Assembly: GCA_050084515.1 (NCBI GenBank)
Contig: CM114271.1
Location: 36,952,001 to 37,016,000, forward strand
Length of the DNA: 64,000 nucleotides
Reading direction: 5' to 3'
Source: Blasia pusilla
Lineage: Eukaryota
Part shown: in pieces, positions 1-10,799 of the stretch
Position numbering within the stretch: the first letter of the stretch is position 1
Layout: each line of letters begins with the position of its first letter
Notes under the pieces: generated by a model
What the model was told of the DNA's origin: nothing
The model's database searches: none
The model's input: only the letters and a program-made list of their open reading frames with translations
Program-made: the position numbers and the translations under genes

Positions 1-844
1 GGAAGGAAAGCAATCACGAAGGTGTTCGTGACATCATACCAGCACAAACCTCCGGCCGCAATCCTCGGAGAACGCCCGAAAGTGCCCGCAAAGAGGGACG
101 GGTCAAGGCATATAGCCGTGTCAGGATGGAAGTCACGTGCAAAAGCTGGAATGTCAACCGCTGGACGAGGATGTAGCCTCCGGAGGGCATCGATGGTAAC
201 AGCTGAAGAAGGAGCCATGTCCATCGGGCGAAGATCACGCGGCTCGCGAGTACTCACACGCCGCTTCGATGTCTGATCGCCGCAACCTGGCCGCTCCAAG
301 ATCGTCCGCCGGAAACCAGGTGAACTACTACCGCGAATGCCACAAACTCACTCTGCAGAGACTCCCAATCACCTCCTCGAAAGCGTCTCAGACGTGCCAT
401 AACCTCTCTATGACCGGCCTTCCCTCCCCGAGTGTAATGAAGACACCATCGTGGAAGGAGAAGTAGTAGGTACCAAGAGAGCTCATCCATAGGATCAAGA
501 GCGATCCTAGCTAGGGGAAGGAGGAATGCGTGGCGGAGGTCGTCCCGAATAGCATGGGGGATCCTATGAAACAACCTCGGGCAGGGAAAACGGGTCTCGA
601 AGAGACCTATAATGCTGCCCTGGTGGGACCTCAACCACTCCCATGCCTCAGGAGGGGGCGATGATGCGGGAAGCACCGGAGAGCATCCATGGTCGACAAG
701 AGGGACCATCCATCCAAATCTATCAAAGTCAGGATGTTTAGCCGCTAAGTGGTTCCGAATTCCTGAACGAGTGAAGAATTCGGGACAACATGGGCAATTG
801 GAAGAACAAAACACGTCGCTAACAACCCGTCTGAACTCCATCAT
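1..844 (-). mobile_element. 5' part of a degenerate CRE-like non-LTR retrotransposon ORF (C2H2 finger plus pre-RT region); runs off the left edge of the window
   Basis: ORF 254-844 carries CPCCPEFFTRSGIRNHLAAKH (C2H2-like) and 'LALDP..W.LLLLLPRW..RGG..GHRE..F..GDWE'. A frameshifted continuation reads 'MAPSSAVTIDALRRLHP..IPAFARDF'. Both align by eye with the 17.5-18.3 kb part of the element at 17079-20650. Confidence 0.7.
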
Positions 845-1829
845 TTAATTGTTTTTCACCTCCTTGCATGGAGGAAGAGAATGCCTGAAAACATTCATGG
901 CAGGATATACGGCCCTACTACTTAGCATCAAACGAACTAGAAAGAAGGGAAAAACAGATAAAAAGGATCCGATTACAAAGTAACACGGCCGACCCAGAGA
1001 GGAGAGGAAAGCTCGTAACGTAAGAAACGGTACATCCTCCCGAGGATTGCGTCCCGGAGAGTTTATGAGCACCGGAGGGACTGGATTCTGAAACGCTAAA
1101 CTGATGAACATTCTTTCCCTAATCTGTCAGACGCTTGTGTCCACTGACTCCGCTGCATAGTATAGAATCCACAATCCAGATCGCAGGAGCCTCACGCTTT
1201 CGTGCGCTAGCGCGAAGGTAAAATCGACGACAAATCTATGGACAGATGACTTTCTAGTCATGTGTATGGCCGTCATAAAAGCGCTGGAACGGCGGAGTAA
1301 GCGGGAGGTGAAATAGCGCTGGGCCGCTGGATCGGGGATCGGGAATCGGGATCGAAGAGAAACCGCATAAATGTATCAGTTCCCAGTCCCCTACGTGATG
1401 AGGTGTTGGACGTTCCACGAGTTGTGCTCACCTGGAAATCGGAAAGCTCGACAGACTGGCAGCGAAATTACGCAGTTGCACTCGCGTTCCCGTACTGTCT
1501 CCGCATTGCTCCTTCCACCAACTGCAGTAATGGACGTCCCCGGAGTTTGACCTGACGAGAATTCAATATGCGGACGCAACAGTGCGCACGGTCTTTGTGT
1601 TTGAGCCGGAAGATGACGACGATCAATGCTCGCATCCAGCAACTGTCTTATTAAATCCTCCGGCGATTCTATCGATGCCACCACGTAACTATTGCAGGCA
1701 GCGGGTCGTGCCCAGGTTAATGGGATTTTTCGAATCGAACGACCACGATATTGTCTCTGCTGTTGGTGAGTTTCGTCGTTAGGTGGGGAATGACGTTCGC
1801 CGTTTTGACTTTGAGTCCCCTCTTTGTAC

Positions 1830-1960
1830 TTCCGATGGGTTTTCCATCTTTTATCAGATCGCAGAAACGCTACCCACGAATGGAGAAATGGAGAACACTC
1901 TTGGCATCGAATCCCTTCCTCCGCATTCAACCGAAGGCGTGTACTTTCTCTAGGGATGCT
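1830..1960 (+). pseudogene. possible F-box gene fragment
   Basis: 'GFPSFIRS..KWRTLLASNPFLR' resembles the C-terminal half of plant F-box motifs. No complete gene is visible. Confidence 0.25.
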
Positions 1961-2089
1961 GCTCGACTACAGGGAATCCAAGTCCGTCCAGACACAAACA
2001 AAGACGCCCTAATGATAGTGGACGTCCGCTGATAATTCGAGTTGAGAGGTGATTATTATTTTAAAATAATGATTCAATAACGCCTTAGA

Positions 2090-3412
2090 CTAGTGTAAGT
2101 CCGTATTTAAACTATCTCTCAAGATGATCGTTCATTTTAAAAATATTTTAAGTATTATTTTAAAATAGTTTTTAAGTCATGTTTTTAAATTCTAAAGACA
2201 AATGATATGCGTTTTTTTTTTTCATCTAGATTATTCATTTGTCTTATTCACGAATATGTTAATTATTTTTTTCTCCACCCGTCTTAGAAGCCGCACGTTG
2301 GTTCTATTGGTTACAAGTGTCTAAAGGATTGTTCAATGATTGTTTGTGTAGATTAGAGGCTGATGGAGGTGTGAATTTTCTTTTGAAAATTTGCAGAACA
2401 AATTTTATGGAGAACAAAATATGAGGTCATGACTTTTTGCCTTAGCTATTTGAAGGAGGTCTAATAGATGGCATGATTTTTTTTTAAAGGAAAGAGGTCT
2501 TTTCATGAGGATGACCTCCTAGACTCCAAAATAAATCTTCACAAAGAAAATTAAAATAAATCTATGTTTGTATGAGCAAATCCTTATCTAACTAAAAGAA
2601 ATGTAAATCAGTAAGAGAGTATTTAAAAAAAGAAAATAAATACCTTTTCCTCTTTCATAATGAGGAAATGGGGAATTTTGAGTAAGGTGTAATGGGGATT
2701 TGTAATTTCATTTTTTTTCCCCAAACAAGAATGGGAAGCATGGAAGAGGGATTTTGAAAACATAATTATTAAATTAAAAAATATTCACACACTAAACATT
2801 AACAAGAGGATTACGGGAGGAAAGCTACTTCCTTTAGGATGAAGGTTTAGTACTTTTTATGCTATTAGGGATGAAGGATTGGAGGTTTTCATTTATTGAA
2901 ATGAATAGATAGAGATGGGATGTTCTAAAGAAGAGGTAAAAAGCCTAATATAAAAAACATTAAGGAGATGGAAACAAATAAGGTTGAAATTTTCTAAAAC
3001 TTTCGTATCGCATGTGCACAAAAATAAGTAAATTTTATTGAAAATTTCCAGGTTAATTGCAAAAGAGAAATTTTCAAAATCATTCATAATCATGCTAAAA
3101 TATTTGCAATGGAAAATAACCATTAAAAATCAATTCCAACAATCCAAAAAATGACGTGTAGTTTGGAGATAGCGTCTTGTCTTTGTTTAATAAATAAAGG
3201 TAAGACGTGTAATTATCATTTTGGGGGTTTAAATAACCCCCCAAAATGATAATTAAGGTAAATCACTCTAAAAAATTTCAATGGCTATTTAAAATCAATT
3301 TTGAGTAATCCTATTGGCTTAGACGGCAAACAATCCTATTGGTTGAGAGTGCCAAGTGTCAAAAGGAGAAGAGTTTGAAAAATGAAGGGACACTCTCCAA
3401 TAATAATATAGA
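2090..3412 (-). mobile_element. putative non-autonomous Helitron
   Basis: Minus-strand 5' end A|TCTATATTATTATTGGAGAG at 3412, similar to the ends at 7212 (+) and 43724 (-). Candidate CTAG|T 3' end at 2090, but its subterminal hairpin is degenerate. The interior is AT-rich. Confidence 0.4.
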
Positions 3413-3979
3413 TTATTAATGAATACCATCGATTTTTTTTCCAAAAAGATGAATGGTCCAATATATGTTAGCAGCTTTGTCGTTCATATCCATATCATTA
3501 CATTCGTTCTAAAATCCACATTGTTGGTCAGATCCACACAACACAAAATACCAATTTTCCCTAAAGCTCATCATTCTATGTAGTTAGGCTTCTTTTGGCT
3601 CACATTTATTACTTTCTGATCGTGTCCTTGAATGCAAGCCTCACAGTCTCGTTATGTCTATCCTTGCATGTGGCTCAATACCGCGCGGCAGTACCCAGCC
3701 ACCCCACCTTGCTTCCTTTAACCTATACCTCCTACAAGGTTGCTCTTGAGCCCACCTCGCCCCCTTCCTCTTCCCGACTCTTTGGATTTGTCCTCTCCTT
3801 ATACGCAACTCTCTCCAATTTGATTGCCTTTTTGGCTCGTCACCCTATATGATGTAGAAAACTCTTATACAAGCATAATTGATGGGATATGACTCTCTCA
3901 CAAGCACATACCACCATGGAGAACAAAATTTTGTAATGAGAAAATGAAATGACGTTTGTCTCCTTATCAATTATAGACA

Positions 3980-4877
3980 CTAGTAATTTTCTGCCCGTGC
4001 GATGCACTCGGTGAATCGGGGTGAGATGATTGGGAATGAAAAAACTCACATATGGAGGATGATAATGTGAAATTAGAAAACACACAATGAATAAAGTTTA
4101 ATTTAATTTTTTATTAAAAAAGTCATTTATTTAACAATACATCTAACTTGGGTCAAGACAATTTTTCATAGATTTTCCTTTCTTAATTTTGAAAAAATAA
4201 TTTATCCCTTTTCCAATCCCCATATTTTAATAAATAAAATAAAACCACTTATTTTGAAAAAAAAAATTCCCGAGAGAGGGATTAGATTTCCCCCCCAATC
4301 TAACTTGAAAGTTAAAAATAAAATAGAAATAAGACGTCTTCCTTTATTTTGAAGAATAACTCTTGTCCCATTAGTATCCTATTATCCTTTTCATTTTTTC
4401 CCAAGAGAAAAATAAATTTCCCCTCAAAACTAAACTTTAAATTTCGTTTGTAGGAACCTTGAAAAAATAATTTGAAATTTTCAAATAAGGAAAGATTAAA
4501 AAAATGATAGAGACTCTAGAAGATTTCATCGGGAAGATGTTTGAATCTGAGTTAATTATAAACAATTAATTATTATGAAAACCTTCCCCATTCTCTTTTT
4601 CTCCCTAGTATAGGGTAAATTTTTAAAATTCATGAATTCATGGATAAATTTGATAGGGGTCTTCAAAGTTTATCAATTACTAGGAAAAATCAGTCATTTT
4701 GATCCAAAGTTTGTCTCAAAATATTCATAAAAAATCCCTCACAATTAAAACTTGAAAAGGAGATTAAATGACATATTTCTAAAGTAATATGTTATTTCCC
4801 TTCAAATATCTGACAGACTTTACACGTGACGTTCACGGGGAGTTTTGTAGCGAGCACGAACGCCCTTAATAGTATGA
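3980..4877 (-). mobile_element. non-autonomous Helitron (about 0.9 kb)
   Basis: Minus strand begins A|TCATACTATTAAG at 4877. It ends with the GC hairpin CCGAGTGCATCGCACGGG (3994-4011), then about 10 nt, then CTAG|T at 3980. These are canonical Helitron termini inserted between A and T. Confidence 0.6.
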
Positions 4878-5299
4878 TTACGTGTAGGAAATTCTAACCC
4901 TAGTCTTAACCTTAGTTTTGAGTTATACGAACTGTGATTAACTAATCCTTGTTGAGATAATCATGATTAAGTAACTAACCAAGATTAAGATTTCCTACTT
5001 CGTGTAAGTACCAAATGTAAGAGTTCGTATGTCCGATGAGCTTGACTATAACTTAGTTTTCAATACTTCTCTCAAGTGTATATCGATATCTCAAACACCA
5101 AAATTATTTTTAAACATCTCAAACTTATCTTTAGACAATGCATTTGTAAAGATATCATCAATTTGTTGATCTGTATCTATATATCCAAGATTAATTTCTC
5201 CTGCAAGCACTTTCTAAAGCGCTACACGTGAAGCGCCGTCTCTTGCTACATTTTACCAGTTCCCTAGATTAGTCTGTAACATAACAACTAAATTGGAGA

Positions 5300-5930
5300 A
5301 AAATGGACAGCGCTTCGTGCATGACCTTCCAAACGGAAAAACTGACAAAACAAACACACACGCGTCTATAGGGGCTCTACTCCAAGATAACTCACTTGCC
5401 TACTTGCATACAAAGAATTCCCTCTGTTCCCTTGCATCTTTCTCATGTAAAATTGAAGTAAAAATGGTTCACACGACCAACTCCACTCTAGAATCTACAT
5501 TAGCATCTTGAGCCACATCCACCCTCCACTATGAGGAGATTCGGACGCTAGTACCCTAGTTCCTACCACATTCCGAGCAAGAGAGGTACTCTAAAGGCCC
5601 AATATGAGAAAGATGGCTTAGAAAGCCATTTGTCCCTTTCTTGTAGCCTTGGGAAGAGCCAAAAGGATCTTCTTCTAAAACTAGCCATCTCCGATACATT
5701 CTTCAAATGGTAACCTATGTGCATTCGTAACCAGGGCACCCTTGACCCAATCAATAAGTCATCTTGCTTAAAAGGAGAACAAGAAGGGTTTCAATACAAA
5801 TGATGCTCCGGATGCAACAAACCTAGCATCAACCTCATTTGACACTTCAAGACAAAGTTACACCCAAACATCCTACTCAACCTTTATGCCGTTGACACCG
5901 TAGAACTCTACTTGTTCGCTAACTAAGATG
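5300..5930 (-). mobile_element. possible LINE ORF1 relic
   Basis: Fragmentary minus-strand translations 'WLRMHIGYHLKNVSEM' and 'LFCQFFRLEGHARSA' (decayed CCHC-knuckle-like). Many stops. Confidence 0.25.
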
Positions 5931-7292
5931 TGATAACTTATCAAGGCAAGTAAGATAAAAAAAATGGTAATTGACGCTACATGAATGGTAAAAAATTGAT
6001 TATAAGAGAATTTTTTTTTCATATTTTGACATGAGAAAAAGAAAATCTTACTCCATTCATGTGCATTATATGACTTGAATATTAGTGTTTTTTCAAGGCT
6101 AACACTAATAATAATAGTAAATTTCCTATTTGAAAGGCATCCAACCAACATAAAGAAAAACATTTATTGAAACTCATGAAAGGTTGGTGAAAGTAAATTT
6201 TTTTTTTTTTACGAGTTGAAAAAAATCCTATTTTCTTAAAGCTCTTAAACTAGTTGGTGTGCCCATGTCATGCAAAATTTAAAAAAATGAAACTTATTTT
6301 TTTACAAGATTACATCCCCCTTCATGTTTTTAAAATTATGCTTTTCACCTCTTCATTCAAACATCCCATCAAACCCATCCTCATCTATTCATTTTAATCA
6401 ATGGAAAACTCCTTATTTTTAAAGAGGAGAAGGCCTTTCTCTTCATTTCTACATCGTCTCTTAATTACTTCTACTTCCTTCTAGTTATACAAATATTTTC
6501 TTATAAAGTAGAGATTTTCTTAAATTTTAATTGTGAGGATTTTCTTTGAAGCATCTAACATGTGTCATTCAATGAGGTCATCCTCATGAAGAAGCAACTT
6601 TCCTTTATAGAATAGATGTTATTTATTCATTTTTCTCCCTCTTGCAATGCTTTCATGTGACTCTAGTGTTTTAAGCAATGGAAACTTTGTTGCAAACTTT
6701 TTTTGGAATGATTTTTTTTAAAGGATTCCATATGATCATCTTTCATTGACACAAAACACGACGGGATATTTCTAGATATAAAATCATTGATACGATCTAG
6801 TATAATTGATATGTGGGAAGAAAAAGTTATAGTAAAAATGCTTGAATGATGCACTTGTTAGTTGGTTTTATAGGACAAAAAAATAGTAAGGATATGTTTC
6901 TGCTTGAATATTAATGATAATGAATCTCAACCTTGGATTTGTAAAACAGGTTTAGATTTTTTTCCTTATTGATTGGGGAAAAAATATATTGTCGTTTCCT
7001 TTTCTAATCCCTATCTCTCAATTGATCAATTTTTTTCTCAAAGATATAGTTTGTGTTAAGTGTACAAACTCCATATTTTGGACCATCATGTGGACATAAC
7101 GGCACCCATGGGATATGGCCATTATAGCCAAGTCCCATGGACGGTTGTTCAAGTCGCGACAACCTCATTTTTCGCCCCATGCTACGTGCTCATGGATAAT
7201 GTTTAAGATAATCTATATCATTATTAGAGAGTGCACCTTTATTTTACGAACTCCTCTCTTCTTACATTTACATTTCAATTCATCATCAATTA

Positions 7293-7576
7293 GAGTAGGT
7301 CCCCATGGAGCAATTCCATGGTTGCGGGATCCTTCCGATGTACAATCTACGGTTACCATTTCAGAGACCCTAGGGGGGTCTTTGGTCCTTGTGTGCCTTG
7401 AAACTTACGGCAGAGAAATATCATAGATGATGCTTGGGAAATAGAAGGACTAAAACGTGTCATCTTTTTAAACCTCATCATAACCAAACGACGGATACCG
7501 ATAGAACACGAAATTATTGGACCATCGACCTAGGCCCCGCGGGACCTTCGGCGGCGGACTCCATGGGAACGGGTTC
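7293..7576. mobile_element. Tourist-like (PIF/Harbinger) MITE, copy 1 (284 bp)
   Basis: Imperfect TIRs GAGTAGGTCCCCATGGA / TCCATGGGAACGGGTTC, flanked by TTA at 7290-7292 and 7577-7579. Confidence 0.75.
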
Positions 7577-7579
7577 TTA

Positions 7580-7858
7580 GAGCAGGTCCCCATGGAGCAA
7601 TTCCATGGTCGCGGGATCCTTTAGATGCTAAATCGACGATTATCAATCCCCGGACCATAGGCGGGTGGCTTGTCCTTCCGCGCCGTGAAATTTACGACGC
7701 AGGAATACCAAGGACGATCCTGGGAAAATCAACGGACGGTAGCCAATTGTCTTTTAAATTCTCTTATAATCACAAGACGAAACCGTTTGGGATCCTACCT
7801 AGAAACTGGTAGCACCGTCGAAGGGGGACTCCCGTCGCGATTCCATGGGGACGGGCTC
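7580..7858. mobile_element. Tourist-like (PIF/Harbinger) MITE, copy 2 (279 bp)
   Basis: TIRs GAGCAGGTCCCCATGGA / TCCATGGGGACGGGCTC (15/17 complementary), with TTA on both sides (7577-7579 and 7859-7861). Homologous to copy 1 but diverged from it. Confidence 0.8.
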
Positions 7859-10799
7859 TTAGAGAGCTAATTTAAACCCTAAACCCGCGTTAGTGGTCCA
7901 CTAACGTAATAATATTAGATAGTGCCGCCGGGTACGTTAATTTCCGAAAAAGCGAGAGGGGCAGGCATTTTATGAGCACGAATTTCCAACAAATGGAGGT
8001 GGCTAGACAGCAAGTTTTGGGCTCATAGAATTCTATGAGCCAAGCCCAGGAGTCCCCGGGACCTTGCTCTCGGAGTCTAAGCACCGCTTCCTCTTTTCCC
8101 ACGGAAGAACATTGAAATGGATGTTTTGCGAGTCCCAGCTCTACTTCTCCTCCACTAGTCTTTTCCTGTTCCACGCAATGATGATGTTTCGTCCCTACTT
8201 CGTGGAGTCTCGAATAGTTTTCTCCGTCCCACGCAGACAGAGGGCCCTCGGATTCGAATTTCGAACTCGTCAAAAGGAGAAAAGGCGCGTGCAGAGGGCA
8301 CGGATGGGGCTGCATTGCACTACGTCTGAATGCGATTTTGCCACACGGAGTCAACGAGCAATCGGACGTCCGATCCTTTGAAAGTTGGAGGTTACGAGCT
8401 GAGGCAGGTCTGCACGGCAGTCAGAGATGCAGACTGAGAGGCGTGCAATTGTGATCCCGATTCTCGAAGCACGCTCGGGGTTTATGGAGCTCCGAGCTCT
8501 CGTCACTCATGTGTTTGTTCTCGTTCTGACTCACGGCAGTGCTGCTCAAATATGCTGGGAGATCGGGAATCGGATATTGGGGCAGGCCGCCTGCTGCTGT
8601 TGAGGCAGCCTTATGGCATCTCTCAGGGTAGAGAGAGAACGCAAATCTGCGATGCCGTCCGTTGCCCGCTGACGTATGAGCTCTTTATTTTCTCACACTA
8701 GGCTCGAATGCTCCCAATTTCCAACTGCACAACGTGAACGGACGTCGCTGAATGGTTCGAAGAGAAATCCAGCGTCGCTGGAGCGTGAACCATGCTGAGC
8801 TTGATGATTGAAGTGGTTGCAATCGGTGCTTACTTTGGCAGTTCCCGCCCTGAGTGTTTGAACTCGAAGGACCGTTCCCGACTCCCGAGTGTGCTGAGAG
8901 ATATATACCATAACCTACACTATTACACATTTATTGTATACACACAATAAATGCTCTTTGCTCACGATAGTTGGAAGGGAAGTTTAGATAATTAATTGAG
9001 TTGCAGATGATTCGGAAATACGATGGAAAAGTGGAAAGGTGCTACGAGTAGAAAGCCGGACGTAGGAGGACAGAGTGGAGAGATGTGATCCCACAGTGAT
9101 TCCGGTGATGTCTCGCGAAAATCCTTCCGCGAATTTGAAAACACCAACACTTCCAAATATCGACAATAAATTTCTTCGCTGTTGGAATATTGTCCACATT
9201 GAGTAGGTGCGTTCGGATGGGGCGGTAGAAAGATAGTGGCACCGTTCAAATCGCGTGGACGAATCACGCAGGTGAAATCTCCAACCAACTGATGGGAATG
9301 TTCGGCATCAGGGCAGGTCTGGACTCTGCAGCATTTCACATGGCTTTTAAGAGCTCTGCCACCAGTTAGTCGCGAGCTATGACATGCGAGGAGAACACGG
9401 AAAGCGATGTACGAAGGAGCGTGGCAATTGGTAAGCCATGCAGCAGCAGCAGCAGCCCTATTCATTCGACGCGAGGAGAGAGCCGAAAGCGATTTCGGGA
9501 ATTCGGATACCCCTCCCAAGCTCCAGCGAGGTCCTAGGGTATGGAGATAAATGGCGGACATCTCTCCACGCCACGGCAGTCATTCGAGCCAGAGATCGGT
9601 GACAGGTTGTGCCCAACACATTCAGGATTTGTCAGAATCCTCGATTCCTGAAATCCACAAATCAGGGATTCAGGGAGGCCATACCGTTAGACTCAACCCG
9701 GACAGGCTCAGCTGCGCGCTGCACGATCTACCTCGGTTAGAGCTCTCATGATTTCCGTGCTTGTAATCCTCATCAATCCATCGGTACCAGCGCTTCGGGA
9801 AGGGAAAAAAAACAGCCAGCCTCACGCATTCCTCATCCTCCAGACTCCAAACCTATTACATCCTCTCCTCACTTCTTCGTTGCTCGGCGAGCGAACACGA
9901 AGAAGATCATCTCGGTTTCACGAGATTCATCAGATAAGTGCCCCCCTCTCCTTGCGAATCTGGTAAAAGCTGAATCCTGCCGCACTTGCGATTCCACCTG
10001 CGGACGGAGGCGAACATTGGATCAACATGCCGCGCCGTCTCGCGCATCACTCTGCCACGGCGAATCCGGAAACTGGCAAAAGTGGCGGATCTCCATTTTT
10101 TCTTTTCTTTTCTTTTCTTTTTGAGTCGCGCGGTGAGAAAGGGGCCATGAAGTGCCAAAAGGGTAGTCGGCAATAAGCTCCGTGGTGTGTCTCGATGACC
10201 AAAAGTACTTTCGAAGACAACGGAAAGAGGTGGGAAAAGTAAACACGAAAGTTTTAATGATGAAAATTTATTTTGATGTTTGAAAAGAGAGGCATGTAGT
10301 ATACATTACATCTATCTATATTATTATAAGATGATGGGGTTTTGGTGACACTGCGCCATTTGTTAACAATATCTATACGCGTATAGATTCAAGATACGAG
10401 GAATGGCTGTTTTACCATTATTATTTCTTGTATCCGTCTTAAGCAAACGCGATCAAATCGTGGTTGTCGGTTAGGATCCTAGTCTAATTTGAATTTAGAT
10501 GGCGGTGAGAGCTCTAATCGCTCCCTAATCTAATTTGAAATTAGGGTTCATTGCCACTTCGGGGGTCTATGCAGGCAGGTATTTAAAGATCTGTCGTCTC
10601 CAAACAGTGTTGAGATTCATGTAATTTTTGTGTTTACATTAGAAAGAGTCAGCCACTTGAATTTGCATTTTATGATTAAACTTTCAAAATTGTGCAGAGG
10701 TATGCAATCGTGCCCTTCATGCTATTCATAGTGCTACATTGCTATCAAATCCATTTATGTTCTTCCTTTACACTAGGAGCAGAGTTGCACAACCAACCT

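Noticed and set aside
4880..5005. GTAGGAAAT...ATTTCCTAC inverted ends suggesting a small MITE
   Set aside because: Only about 9 bp match cleanly and no TSD could be defined.
7871..7905. AAACCCTAAACCC followed by the palindrome CGTTAGTGGTCCACTAACG, as a possible telomerase-RNA template
   Set aside because: No USE/TATA Pol III promoter upstream (the MITE lies there). It is better explained as a telo-box or TE end.
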